From: a virus
Length of the DNA: 64,000 bases
Reading direction: 5' to 3' (one strand)
IMG/VR virus record: IMGVR_UViG_3300045125_000158
Location: 54,618 to 118,617 of that record
Shown here piece after piece: positions 1-11,919 of this stretch. The position numbers and the translations under genes are program-made. Below the pieces are notes generated by a model, which saw only the letters and a list, made by a program, of their open reading frames with translations, ran no database searches and had not been told where the DNA came from. Each line of letters begins with the position of its first letter. Positions within the stretch are counted from its first letter, which is position 1.

Positions 1-573
1 CTTTGTGAATTTCGCTGCGGAAAATAAAACTCCAGACCGATCCTTATCCTCACAATAAAATTCATCAGATGACCCGTACGGAAAAAACTCACCATTTATA
101 TTTGCGAAGCTACTTATTTGCTCAAACCCAAATTTTGTAGTAGTTACAACATGATCAGCATATTCGAAGGCATCCTTATTTATTTTTGAAATACCTACAC
201 AGTCTGTTGTATAAATAGCAATCCATTTGAAAAGATTAGGATACATGGATTTTATTGCTGAAACAAAATTAGTATCTTTATGATCCCCAATAGTAATAAC
301 TATTTCTGGATGTACCGTTTTCATTAGTTCATAAACAACAGGCGATGCCTCATCTGTTTTAGGAGTAAATGGATAGAGTCTACAAATAGATTTACCATTT
401 TCTTCATATTCATGTATTCCTTCTGTACAAGGCATAAAATAAGATTCATCATGATGCCACACAGCTGAACTTACTTGATGTCCAGAATTAACCAAAGATT
501 TTATTATATCAGCATTTATCTTACCATTTCGCACCAAAAGATATGGCGATGCACTTATAGTCAAAATATTCAT
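1..573 (-). CDS. Glycosyltransferase, GT-B/GT4-like N-terminal domain (runs off the window edge)
   Basis: Absent from the ORF track because it has no stop in the window. ATG at 573 with GGAG SD; translates MNILTISASPYLLVRNGKINADIIKSLVNSGHQVS...PEIVITIGD...ADHVVTTTKFG...FPYG, a typical GT4 N-terminal Rossmann pattern. Confidence 0.65.
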   Translation of the reverse strand, partial: MNILTISASPYLLVRNGKINADIIKSLVNSGHQVSSAVWHHDESYFMPCTEGIHEYEENGKSICRLYPFTPKTDEASPVVYELMKTVHPEIVITIGDHKDTNFVSAIKSMYPNLFKWIAIYTTDCVGISKINKDAFEYADHVVTTTKFGFEQISSFANINGEFFPYGSSDEFYCEDKDRSGVLFSAAKFTK

Positions 574-610
574 TTTTGCTCCAGCTTAGTATAATATCTA
601 TAAATTATCG

Positions 611-1518
611 TCAAGACAATTGTGGATCTGACCAGCCGTGCCGTGTCTGTATTTCTTGCTCTTCGGCAGACCAACTTATAGTAGCTGCATGCAATAAAGA
701 TTCCTGAACCTTAAATCCATAATCTATGTTTGCTGGCCATGAATTATATATAAATTTCTCGAAACGTATAATTTTGAGTGCTATCTGCAATAAAATAATT
801 ATGATAAACGTTTGGCCAAATCTGTATTGTCGTGGCATCTACAGCACATTTCACACGCAATTCTTCTGCTTGATAAATATTTTCAATTAATATTTTATCT
901 TCTGGCTGGAAAATAGAACTATCAGCTACCTTAATGAAATCATCTCCACCTTGTACATTTGCAATCAGATTTGTTGTTGCATATGGCCCAATCAAAGGAA
1001 AAATGTTTTTCTTTAATCCAAGCTGTATGATATCAGTTAATTGCAGGACCGTGCGATAAGAACTCTCGTCGTTATCAGTTTCTGCATATATTGCAATTGT
1101 TAATTCATACCGCTCTTTTGTTGTACCAAGAGTGAACCATTCTGATGCTCGTGATTTACCTAAAATTGTTATTGCAGGATAGCGAGGAATCACTGCAGGT
1201 TCACCAATATAGATGGCTTGCACAAATTGACCATTATATGTTTTAGTCAACATAGCGTTATTTGCTACGCTCCAGCCAGTAATTACTTTTATAGGTGATT
1301 CAAGCTCTATTGTATTGTCATCAATTATTTCCGCAATTCTCAAGCCAGGTTCGCCATCTATGCCATTATGTATTGCTACTTCATCGCCTTTTTCTAAATC
1401 TTCGCGAATTAGTAACTTTAAGGGTGGTTCCGCCATAATTAACATTCGCAGTCAAACTAACATTAGTATTGACCCAACGATAAACAACTCTTCTGACGCT
1501 TTCGAGTATTTCTATCAT
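611..1518 (-). CDS. Putative tail-completion/terminator-like virion protein with two inserted beta-rich domains
   Basis: Joined from MIEILESVRRVVYRW (ATG 1518), ORF 744..1445 and ORF 611..838. Core YIGEPAVIPRYPAITI...YELTIAIY...LTDIIQLGL resembles tail terminator folds; two copies of an L.ANV..G...IKV..S..F...D.I.I module. Confidence 0.5.
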
Positions 1519-1813
1519 TTGAATGCCTTATTTATCTTATCATCAATATACTTATCAGCAATATTACTAATTTTTTCTTTATTTCTTCATCAGTTTTATC
1601 AGAAAGTTTTGGGGCCTGCACTTTGCCGCTTTTCATGTAATCTTCATAATCTTTAATAGCCATAGCTTCTGGTATATCTTTTCCTATTCTTGCGTCAAGT
1701 TTTAAACCAGCATCTTTAAGTTCATTTGATCTTTGCATGCCTTCTAATCCGGCAATAAGCGTTTCTAAACTCTGCTTAAAATCAGCGAATGTATTACATA
1801 TTTTTTGACTCAT
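1515..1813 (-). CDS. Hypothetical protein (~100 aa)
   Basis: ORF 1532..1813 with a probable indel near the 3' end; overlaps both neighbours in ATGA fashion. Confidence 0.55.
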
Positions 1814-2539
1814 TGATCGCCACCCTTCATTTCTCTATCACCCGAACCTTCAAGACCAGGCAACCCATATCTATCACGCAACGTTGGGTTGAAGAAACGA
1901 TGCCCGATTCGCTTTTGTCCATGCAGAATAATCATGCCACTCAAAATACTATTTATATCCGACAGAGCCCATTTTCTAAGAGTAGCTCCATACGTCGATT
2001 TGTCAGGATTCACTTGCGCTTGCAAAATATTTATCATACAAAGTTGCTGCTGCAAATCTTGCGCAACACAAAGTAATAGTGGGTGGATATTTTACGCGAA
2101 TTACTCTTGAGGTTTCAGCATAATATATTCCCAACAGTGTGCTATTTAGAGTTACCAATCCGTCCAGAAATGCGCTTTAACAGTATGTCTTTCTTCTGTC
2201 AATGAATCGATAAAAATAAGCGTATCACCCGGATTGAGTGAATTAGCTTTATCAAGAAATACAAAACCGTTGTAAGCATCAATATCTTGCAATAGAGTAA
2301 GTTCAAGATCCGATTTTTCCATCAACGGAGTTACATACATTTCGCTTAATGATGCATCAATCTGATCTGAAGCCCAACTCAGATACTGATATACAGTTTC
2401 TTCGGGTATATTATTTTGACTTTTTGCTTTTTCCAAATTGCCACAAAGGCACTGGTTGACCATTCACAACCGATGCCGTGGCTGATGTTAACGCTTGTCC
2501 AATTATATCGTAAACATGTTGAAGTGTTGCATATGCCAT
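1810..2539 (-). CDS. Putative head-tail connector/neck protein (Mu gp36/DUF1320-like) with an inserted domain
   Basis: Starts MAYATLQHVYDIIG (ATG 2539); ASDQIDASLSEMYVTPL and a C-terminal A.SDINSILSGMIIL match the gp36-like pattern; joins ORFs 2152..2463 and 1810..2055. Confidence 0.55.
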
Positions 2540-2550
2540 TTATTTTCCCA

Positions 2551-3627
2551 TTAGTTCAAGATTCTATCTAATGGATCTTGAGTTTGGGAAGCATTCTGCA
2601 TCTCTTTCTTCTGCGTAATTATTGCTTGCGTCAACAAACCTTCAACGACAGCATTCCTTGGACTCTTTGCGTGCCGTATTTCTTTTATCTGAAACGGCAA
2701 CTGCAGACCCCTTACTATTTTCTCTAACTTTTTACAAAATCCTTTAGGCATACTGGTGCCACCAGCAACTACAATATCAAGAGGCTGCGTAAACTGACTC
2801 TTTACCTCTTGAAATTTCTTGCCAAACAACTTGAAAACATGTTCAATCATCGCGTCATAATATGCGTCTAAGGCAAAAAGTATATCATCATTCTCATCAA
2901 GATTAGTAAAATCTAATTTCTTTTCCTTAGCTGCTAATAATTTGACTTATCGCTGTGCCAGTTTGTTCTGCAACTTGCGTATCGATCCAATCGCCACTTC
3001 TTGCCACACTCATTCCAATCACCGGCAAGCCTTTATAAGCAAGCAAGCAATTTGCTCGACCAGCACCAAAAGAAACACCAATACCCGAATATGGAACTAC
3101 AGTACCATCTTCCTCAATAATTGTAGGTCTTTCACTAAGAATAACAGCATGTGCCTCTTCAATAATTTTTACTTTCCATCCTAATCTCGTGAATAATGCA
3201 GTTAATCTGTTGCGATGGAATGTAGAATCTGCAGAATTATCAACAGACTCGCTGCTTACGCACGTACATACCCAGGAATTCTCATCAGGAGCTTGTCCTA
3301 TAGATGCACGTATCAACTCAGCAAGCACAACAAGTTTCTTATCTTCATTTTTGTTGAGAACGCCATCAGCCATAGGTCGGCGTACTTCAACTTTACCTGG
3401 AAATATATTGGCAACCTTTATGCAATCGTCGCCAATAACATAATAGTTTTTACCATCCTTGATGTATTGCCAATTATTTGTATTGAGACATCTTCAATAT
3501 CATCGTTGGGTGGCAACTCAACAAAGGCGTTTCTAGTATTCTTTACTTTGATTTTATCATCTGCCATCTCTGCAACTTGAAAAAACATCGTCCCCACATC
3601 GACGGATACGGCTCTACTTTTGCCCAT
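2551..3627 (-). CDS. Actin-fold ATPase (MreB/MamK/ParM superfamily)
   Basis: Joined ORFs 3418..3627, 2927..3373 and 2551..2850: phosphate-1 SVDVGT, RRPMADG, connect-1 IEEAHA, phosphate-2 GVSFGAG, SGDWID, adenosine VVAGGTS, connect-2 PRNAVVEG; ~355 aa. Confidence 0.8.
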
Positions 3628-3640
3628 AATTAATTTCCTC

Positions 3641-4218
3641 TTATAAAAGACCTTCTAATTCACTAATATTCTTACTAACGTCTTTATCGGTTGTTTGTTC
3701 TTCGTGCTTTACACTCGATTGCGTTTTGTTTACCAAACGATTCAATGTTCTTTTTTGTATGTCAATCAATTTGCTTGAATTAATATCTGCTGCAGGCTGT
3801 TCTTGTTTAGCGCACTTGCAATAGGTTTGCCATTTGCAGAGCTAACTAAGCCTTGCAAGGCAGCTACGCTGATTCAAAGCGTTCATATCGACTTGCGGCT
3901 GTGTTTGAGCTACTTTTTCTTCTAATCTTTTTGTAATCTTTTCTTCTAATTGTTTTACCACATCAGCTACATTCACTTGTGGTTGTGCTGGGGGTTCTTC
4001 GTAAACTGGCTCTGCTATTTTAATAGCCGTAGTGCCATCATCTTTGCAAACACACTGCAATTTATCCGCCGACGAAAAAAGCTTTTAAATTACGTGATTG
4101 CTCAATATAAAAATCTTGATGTCACCATATCAAGATCAATCTTTTCTCCTGGAGTTAATGTTACACGAAGATCTGGTATAGTGACATCATGCAGTGCAAT
4201 ATTTTTTATGATGTACAT
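3641..4218 (-). CDS. Hypothetical protein with coiled-coil and Pro/Gln-rich linker
   Basis: ATG at 4218 overlaps the upstream TAA (MYIIKNIALHDVTIPDLRVTLTPGEKIDL); includes ORF 3842..4060; ends SELEGLL-stop at 3641; several indels. Confidence 0.5.
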
Positions 4219-4415
4219 TATATCCTCCTCGGCTTTGGATACTTACCAGGCAATGGTTTAGAAAAATCCATTTCATTCATTTTTTTGCATTCTTGGCACA
4301 GCCAATAAACTTTATTGTCATTAAAGTTAAATTCGATTGTAGGATTTTTCTGATGATATCTACAGAATCCACAAACAGCCATAATTTTTACAATATTATC
4401 ATCATTTTCTGACAT
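4218..4415 (-). CDS. Small zinc-ribbon protein
   Basis: CGFC...CQEC pair of CxxC motifs in 65 aa. Confidence 0.65.
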   Translation of the reverse strand: MSENDDNIVKIMAVCGFCRYHQKNPTIEFNFNDNKVYWLCQECKKMNEMDFSKPLPGKYPKPRRI

Positions 4416-4444
4416 AATTACTACTAGTATATCGTCTAATTCGT

Positions 4445-7400
4445 TCAGCTACGGCCAAGATGCTGTGCAGCAAGATCCAATACTTTGCCAAAGAATACAC
4501 CATCTTCGATGCCTGCGTCAAATCGATCGATACTTGGTGCTACGGGCTCTTGTGTCATTATTTTTTCTATAGCTTGCTTGACCGCAGTCATTACAACTAC
4601 ATCCTTTTTAGGCAAGTCTTTCTTAGATAAAATTCTTCGCTGATATGCTTCGTATAAGTCAGGAAAATATTTTTTACCAATTCCAAAAAGAGTTTTCTTC
4701 CGCATGAGTGCTAATTTACTTTCAATTTCTTGCATGCTCTTTGAAGAATTAGTTATCGCTGATATTTTTGCTGGATCAATTTCTATGGAATACAAGAAAT
4801 CATCACTTGACGCAAAATTATGCTCTTCATAGCCCTTATCTAAAATATATGCTTGAATATGCTTAGCAAGCCATGAAACATAAGCATAATATTGCGTTTC
4901 AGTTTCAATATGATACTTTTTCAGCTCTTTTTGCAAAAATGCTGCATTTATCTTTTGCGTAATTTTGCTGAAACTTTAGTATAGTCATTTTTATTTTTAT
5001 TTGCAAAAGCTCTTCTTTAGTACCCGTATCTTTTTCATCAGCCGCCGCAATATTTGCCAGCTCGCTAATATATGAGTCAGCAAATGACGAATCTTTTGCA
5101 CCAAGAGCCTTTTCTAATCCTTTAATATTACCATACAAGAAACGCAACATGTTTCTTATTGTGCTAAAGATAGTATTTATTTCTGTTGGTGACAGTGCTT
5201 CAATATCTTTAGGACTAATTGCCTGTTCGCCAGGCTCTTTTTGAATTTTGCGGCCCTCAACTGAAAACTCTGCTCCTCGTTGTAAAATCTCATACAAATA
5301 ATCAAGTTTATCTTTGAATGCTCCGAGATTTACATCAGACATTAGAACACCAAATTGAACGTGATCAGGTCGCATTTTTATCATTTCGAGAAATGCTAGA
5401 ATCGTGTCGCCACCAAATTTTTCTAACAATTCATTTGATACGAGAGCGTCTTCAACTTTGTGCAACTCCAAGTTCAGACGATGTGTTTGACCTGTTAGAG
5501 CGTTAAAATTCGATGCTTGCAACTGAGTCATACCCTCAATTATATCAGGATGTTTTTCTTCCAAATATGCATAAAGTGCATAATTCCTTTTGCCATCAAG
5601 CAAATATCCGTGTTTTGCTGTCATCTGTTTCAAATTAGGATCAGTTGCTTCTCTAGCCTCTAGAATGTTTCTTGCTCTATCTTGATATTCGCTAGGATTG
5701 ATATACGCAGAAATTTTTTCACCAAATAGAGCTTTGTACATTTCTTCTTCTGATCCACCCATATCTCTAACTGCAACTTTAACAAATTTTTCAATATCTT
5801 CTGAATTTAAACTCCAATCTGAAGTCTCCCAATGTCTGCTATCAAAAAAATCGCCCCACTCCCTATTGAGAACCTTGAGAACAAGCTCATTTGTCAAAGG
5901 TGCATATTCTCTTGTTTTAGCACGCAAAACTTCATTTACTGTACTCATGACAGCTTTGAGAAACCTACGGAACAACAAGGCCTTCTGCAAACATGTTATT
6001 TTAACATCTCTATCAACGCTATCAACAGCAGGCAATCTCTTATATTTTGCCAAAAGAGCACTATCTACTGCCGTCATATATTGCTTGATTCTTTCAAAAT
6101 CTTTCTGCAAACAGTCAAAATATTCCATGTGCGGTATCATGCCTTTTTCTAATTTTTGGCAATTCACGGCATGAATTAAGTGCATTTATATTTACTACTC
6201 TTTTCTACAAACTTTCTACTAGCAGCATCAGCAACCGGTTTTTGACCTCCCACATATTGCTGTTCAACATCACCCTCTTCGCCAGCATGTCCTACACCTG
6301 GCTGTGCTTGTTGTATGTCTTCTGCACGAAGTTTATTTGCAACCCAATTATAAAAATCTTCATGCAAAGGATGTTGCGTATTTTGCATGATATTTTTTAT
6401 TTCTTCTACAAAATAATCTTTATAATAATTCTGCATGAAAACAAATAAGAATGGAACTTGTTTTTCTCCACTCATCGTAGACAAAAATGTATGCCAATTT
6501 TCCTATGCCTTTTTATAATCAGCATCTTGCTCAATTTCATCTTGTTCGACGCCTGATTCGAGTAATTCCTCAGCATAATTTTGTAGAAAAACGTTCTGCA
6601 TGCGACTAAGATTTGTCTTGATTTTATCACTTCTGTTATTTAAGAAATATTTTAAGAACACTTCCTTGTTAGCTTCACTCGGAGAAAATACCTTATTTTT
6701 AGAAATGCAAATTCATCTATTGCAAGTTTTTGTCCTTCTTCACCAAAAATACTTGTGTATCTCTTTTTTCTTTTCGCTTTTTCTTCTTCATCTGGCGTAA
6801 TATCCCAATTCAAGTATGAATTGAAAAATAGTTCTGCAAGATTTGTCCTATCCTCTTGACTAATAGCAGCAGGTTTGATAATTTTGTGTCTACCTATGCC
6901 TTCATTTTCTATTTTCTCAAGCAAATCCATGTTATGATCATTTTGCAAAAAATAAGGCATTTCTTTACAAGTATTGATTGCAACTTCTATTAAATTTTTG
7001 CCACGTAAATCTCCAGTGACACTAGCAGCAACTGCTCTTATGTATGCACGTACCTCGGCTTCGGTCAAATTACGAATTTTACCAAATTGTTTTTCCTCTG
7101 GTTCTGCAGCTATTGGCTTTGCTTTGCTGGCATTCTTTCATGCATTTGTTTGCCCATAAGAAAGTCAAGACCATGCATTTTATAGGCGGCAATAATTTTA
7201 TTTAAAGCTGTTTCTGAAATTTCGCACTGCTGGATCGTGCTGAAATCGTAAATCATTTTTTTGTTCTTCATAAAAATGCTTTATGATCTTATCAAGTTCA
7301 TCTTTGCTTGGGTTTCTGTTATTGTCTTGGTAAAAATCTGCATATAGCCCTTGAAGTACCTGAAGGTATTTTGCATATCTATTTTCAACTGCGACTGTAT

Positions 7401-7605
7401 CTATAGCCTTTGCTGCTGGAGCTGCCATTAGTTGAACAGGAGCCTGTACAGGCTTAATATCCTTTCTCTCTGTTCCTAATAACTTACCTACAGGCTCGGC
7501 TTGCTCTTCGGGTGTAATAGCTGGCTTTTTATAAGGTTCAAAACCTTCGTACTGTAATTTGATAAGTTTATTTTTAACCCAATTAAACAAATTTCTGTTT
7601 GTCAT
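4445..7605 (-). CDS. Large hypothetical alpha-helical protein (~1,050 aa), probably one gene
   Basis: Fragments 7198..7617, 6652..7068, 6176..6484, 4905..6185 and 4445..4936 abut or overlap in shifting frames; SD GGAG before ATG 7605; no recognisable motif. Confidence 0.5.
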
Positions 7606-7675
7606 AAACATCTCCAAATAGCATGCATATATATTATTTGATTTTATTAATCAAATACCTTTTTAATCATATTCT

Positions 7676-8458
7676 TCAGCCGCGAAAGTTTCCATCATCA
7701 GTTTTTAAATCTTTTGCATCTTTAATATCTATCTTTTTGGCAGATTTTACAGCATATACGTTGTCTTTATATCGCTGATCTATATCAGCAACAATCTTAT
7801 CTCGTACGCAACTTGAATAATCGAGTTCAACAAACACAAGGTCCTGTATGTCCTGTAATCTATTCAAAGCGTCAGCAAGACCGTTAAGCTTTGTACCAAT
7901 GTCAGATTGCTCTACATCGCCTGTGCAAACAATCTTGCTACCTTCACCAATTCTTGTAAGCAACATTCGCATTTGCTGAGGACTCATATTCTGCACTTCA
8001 TCCGCAATAACATAAGATTTACGGAATGTAATCCCACGCATGTAAGCTATTGGATAAACAATAATTTTCTTTTCATCCATTAATTCTTTCATGTCGTCGT
8101 TGCTCAAATAATCACTAACAACTTCATAGAGAGGCATAGTAAATGGAGCGAATTTATCGCTACTACCACCTGGAAGAAAACCTAACTTTTCGCCAGCTTC
8201 AACATATGGCCGAGTAAATATTACCCTATCATATGTTCCTTTGATCAGCTCTTGAATTCCCCATCCAACGGCACAATGCGTTTTTCCGCTACCACTCGCC
8301 CCATACACAAATGTAACTTTATTTTCTGAAATTGCTTTAAGAGCTTTTTTCTGGCCAGCATTTTTAGCAGTAACTGCAATTACCAATTTTGTAGCAGAAT
8401 CTTTAGCAGGATATGAAAAATCATTGGCATCCTTCTTGTTCTTTGTTTTTCTGGCCAT
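7676..8458 (-). CDS. phoH: PhoH-family ATPase
   Basis: Walker A GASGSGKT, TRPYVEAGEKLGFLPG, AYMRGITF, DEVQN, LLTRIGEGSKIVCTGDVEQSD; SD AGGAG before ATG 8458. Confidence 0.95.
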   Translation of the reverse strand: MARKTKNKKDANDFSYPAKDSATKLVIAVTAKNAGQKKALKAISENKVTFVYGASGSGKTHCAVGWGIQELIKGTYDRVIFTRPYVEAGEKLGFLPGGSSDKFAPFTMPLYEVVSDYLSNDDMKELMDEKKIIVYPIAYMRGITFRKSYVIADEVQNMSPQQMRMLLTRIGEGSKIVCTGDVEQSDIGTKLNGLADALNRLQDIQDLVFVELDYSSCVRDKIVADIDQRYKDNVYAVKSAKKIDIKDAKDLKTDDGNFRG

Positions 8459-8632
8459 ACAAGCTCCTAGTGTATAAAATAAAAATCTTCCAAACTTCTC
8501 TACATTGAGTGCAAACAAAACATCTAGTTTGCATTTTGGAAGATTAAAAAATATAAAATTTTACTATTAAGACGATACAACACAATTCACTCTACAAAAA
8601 ATGTAAATTGTAACCTGCAATAAATTAAAAAA

Positions 8633-8984
8633 TCATGCATTCATATTACGGATTTTTTGAGACTTATTCAAGGCTTTCAACATAAGTTGACCTTCATTTT
8701 GCACACGTATCTCGCCCATATCAAATAAATAGGTATTGTTTGCATCTAAAGTGCCGTCTATATACTTTAATATCGTAGGCGTGTATATTGCCATGCCTTG
8801 ACCGTCTTGAAGCTCTAAAATGCATTTACGGGCCAACGGAGGCAATTTATCAATTATTGGATCGCCACCTTGCACCACAAGTTGTTTTAGCCTTGTTGAA
8901 GGAACAAAATAAAATTCAACTTCATTTTCGATGCCAAGCTGTCTAAACTTAGCCAACATTTCCGATGATGTATATTTTTTCCAT
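8633..8984 (-). CDS. Hypothetical protein
   Basis: Start reassigned to ATG 8984 (MEKYTSSEMLAK after one homopolymer indel), because the track start at 9034 lies inside a terminator hairpin. Confidence 0.55.
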
Positions 8985-8998
8985 AAGATTCTATCGAC
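8985..8998 (-). promoter_or_regulatory. CGATA promoter-like motif (GTCGATA-N7-ATG)
   Basis: Directly downstream of the hsp20 terminator, where a new promoter would be needed. Confidence 0.55.
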
Positions 8999-9003
8999 TA
9001 TAC

Positions 9004-9043
9004 AACAAAAGAAGCCAGAAAAGTTTTCACTCAACTGGCTTCT
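9004..9043 (-). terminator. Rho-independent terminator after hsp20
   Basis: Perfect 9-bp inverted repeat AGAAGCCAG (9010-9018) / CTGGCTTCT (9035-9043), followed by a T-run on the - strand, just after the hsp20 stop. Confidence 0.75.
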
Positions 9044-9055
9044 AAGAATTAAATA

Positions 9056-9467
9056 TCAATTCTTTTTGATTTCTATCTTCTTCTTAATTTCAGCTTTGGC
9101 AGTCTTTGGAACAGCAATGTGCAAAACTCCATTTTCAAGTTCTGCAACAATATTATTTTCATCAATAGTATTTTTCAAACAATATAGATCGAGAAAAGTT
9201 ATTGTACTGTCTCTCTCTTATTTTGAAACGACGATCTGTTTTTTCTTCTTCAAGATTGCCAGAAATAATCATCTTCTTATCTTGTACATCAATCTTAATG
9301 TCTTCAACATCATAATTGGGCACATCAACATCTACATAAATCATCTTGTCATCTTCTGATACGTCCATACTGCCAACTCTTAAATTGAGAGCATTCGAAT
9401 ATTGCATTCTGTCAAACATATCATTGATAAAGTTATCAAGATTTCTCGCGCGTATTTTAGCTAACAT
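9056..9467 (-). CDS. hsp20: Small heat-shock protein (Hsp20/alpha-crystallin family)
   Basis: MDVSEDDK..YVDVDVP...EDIKIDV...ISG...RERQYNNFSRSI, then after an indel IDENNIVAELENGVLHIAVPK...KKIEIK; SD AGGAG. Confidence 0.9.
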
Positions 9468-9532
9468 ATTTACTCCTTTTTGTTTGTATTATTATTTACT
9501 TGAATGAAATTACTAACAATAATAGTGTATGC

Positions 9533-10525
9533 TTAGGTCATATTGCGCCTCCTTTCTACATATGCTTCATAACTTATTTTATACATCATACTCGGCAAAA
9601 TATATGGTTTTATCAAATCAACAAATTTTTGATTACTATTGTGCTTAAAAATTAGTCTTTCCCAATTACTTGAAAATTAGCATTCTTACGTTCTTTCAAT
9701 CTGCATTCCAGCCCATATTTGCGAAGCAACCATCTATACATCATATCACAACTTACTTTTGAAAATGATTCAGTACAAATCATAAAATCTGCAGTAGTAT
9801 TTACGCCTCTATCTCTATGTCTTTGATACCACTCTGTATGTCCGTCATCCATATACCAAACAGCTAAAGAAAGCGGACTCAAATTATCAAGAATATCTTG
9901 CGTGATTTGTTTATCCCCATTCGCATAAAATTCCTTATTTATTTTTTCAACATCTGAATTTGCCAAAGTATAAAATCTTCCATCAATAAGTTTTGAACCA
10001 CTTCTTTTATCAATATATTCTCTTTGCGTCAAAGCTTTTTCTGATACAATATTTCTCAATTCACTGTGCTTCCACAAAAGATAATCTTGCTGATCTGTGC
10101 CGTGATTAAATCCAACGCTAGAATCTATAGAATGCCTTTTTGCATCGCCCATCAAAGAACCATAAATAATTTCTTTCTGCCGCTGCGTTAAATATACTTC
10201 ATTTTTTTGCGAGCTATATATTTTGCACCTTTTCTTTTTATGCCAAAAAGTTCTCGCAAAAAGTAATATCCGCAAAGACAATATTATGCAATTCAGCTAT
10301 TTCTTTAAGACTTTTACCTTCTTCATATAGTTTTACAAATTCTTCTTTGCGTAAATAAATTCTATCATTCACAATAGAACTGAAAAAGTGTAACAAATGC
10401 TTTGACCATCCTATGGCAAGCATGTCAGCGTATTTTACCTTTTCTTTCGCTGCAATATACATACCAAGCGTTGGTCTATTGCGGCCAAGAAACGTATTCA
10501 AGTACTGATTCCAATATTCATTCAT
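9533..10525 (-). mobile_element. Free-standing LAGLIDADG homing endonuclease gene (two-motif type) with N-terminal HTH-like segment
   Basis: IIYGSLMGDA and LSPLSLAVWYMDDG motifs, ICTESFS, C-terminal FVDLIKPYILPSMMYK; GKSLKEIAELHN in the N-terminal fragment; joins 10238..10525, 9652..10281 and a tail ending at 9533. Confidence 0.85.
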
Positions 10526-10541
10526 CGTTTTTTACTCCCAT

Positions 10542-10573
10542 AGTAATGTATCGGAGAAAAACGGAATTTCCTT
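10542..10573 (-). promoter_or_regulatory. AAGG-N16-CGATA-N7-ATG promoter-like element
   Basis: The same AAGG-N16 spacing occurs at 12349-12373 (AAGG-N16-CGGTA). Confidence 0.5.
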
Positions 10574-10601
10574 AACAAACACACTAAAAAATGAAAAACC
10601 C

Positions 10602-11899
10602 TTATACTCCGCTGCCAAACATGTATCTGAACCAACGGCTACGCCCGCCGGGTAGAGTGTATTCGGGCACGACAATCGCCTTGCTTCTTGGATATTTGCC
10701 ATATTTCTTCTTATCTAAAAGATACTTAAATTCTTCTTCGTAGTTTTTCTTCAAAGTTTCAATGTTGCTAAATGCTTGACGTGCTGCCTCTGGTCCGCCA
10801 AAAACCTGTTGTGGTTGTTGGAAATTCAAACACATCAACAACTCACGCATGGCGTCTTTTAGCTGCGCCATAAAGAACAAGTGGTATTTGCGTATCAGGC
10901 AGAGTGTCTATAGAATAAGAACTCTGAGGTGGATTGTAATTAACAATTCCCAAAGCATTAAATATAAATCTGTCAAGCTGCTCATCTGAGAACCATCTGA
11001 AATTATAGTCAGCATTTATCGTGTCATATGTTGAAAGCGGATTATCAAATATAACAGTTCCATTAAAATAATTTATTGTTAGATTATCTTCAACTAATTT
11101 ATTATTTCTGTAAACTCTTGTACCGTATGCCTGATTCCATTTACTAAAACTAAACTTGAATTTTTTGTTAGCTATATCAGGTAGGGCTTGTTCAAAAAAT
11201 ACAGGAATTTTTTGGGCGCAACATATCATTTCACCCAACGCAACTCTAAAATCACTAATTCGTGAGCCATACAACTGTATTTGTGCGTTTTCGGTATCAC
11301 CTTGCGGTGTTATTACGATAGTCTGCAATTCAGTACCAGAATATCCGTCTGCTGTATACGACCATGTTACTAAATAATTTCCAGTATCAGCATTTGTAGG
11401 AACTGTCCAATCAAATGTATAAAAACCAGAGCGAACAAGATCTGGCTTAGCATTTGAAACTACAGTGGAACCATCTTTGCTTATGGTAAGAGTTAATTGC
11501 TCTGCACGAATTGGATTGCCATGAATATCTGTAATGCTTAAAAACAGCGTACTGGTGCCACCTTGTATGAATGTTCCACGATAATCAGGAACTACTTTTA
11601 TTGGTGTTACAACACTACTGTAGAATGGTCCAAAAGTTTGTGTTGCAAAAACCGGCTTGTCATTTAGCTCTGGTATGACTTTCCAAGATGCAACATACGT
11701 TATTCCGTATTCAATATCAACATAATATTCATACAGCCCTGTTGAGGGGTTATCTACAGCTGTGCCGCTCGGTATTACTACCTGTCCGGTTTGCTTTTTG
11801 ATTCCATATGATGCATCCGCTGCAGCTAATTCCACATGATAAGCTTGGGCCATAAACACCCGACAATTTATATTCTATATAAATTCTTTGACTACTCAT
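10602..11899 (-). CDS. Putative head-tail adaptor/neck protein with N-terminal Ig-like domains
   Basis: SD GAGGTG before ATG 11899; beta-rich GFYTFDWTVP...TGNYLVTWSY domain followed by helical WFSDEQLDRFIFNAL...LVLYGAAKDAMRELL; joins 10843..11859 and 10602..10880. Confidence 0.5.
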
Positions 11900-11919
11900 A
11901 AAGCTTCACCTCGTTCAAA

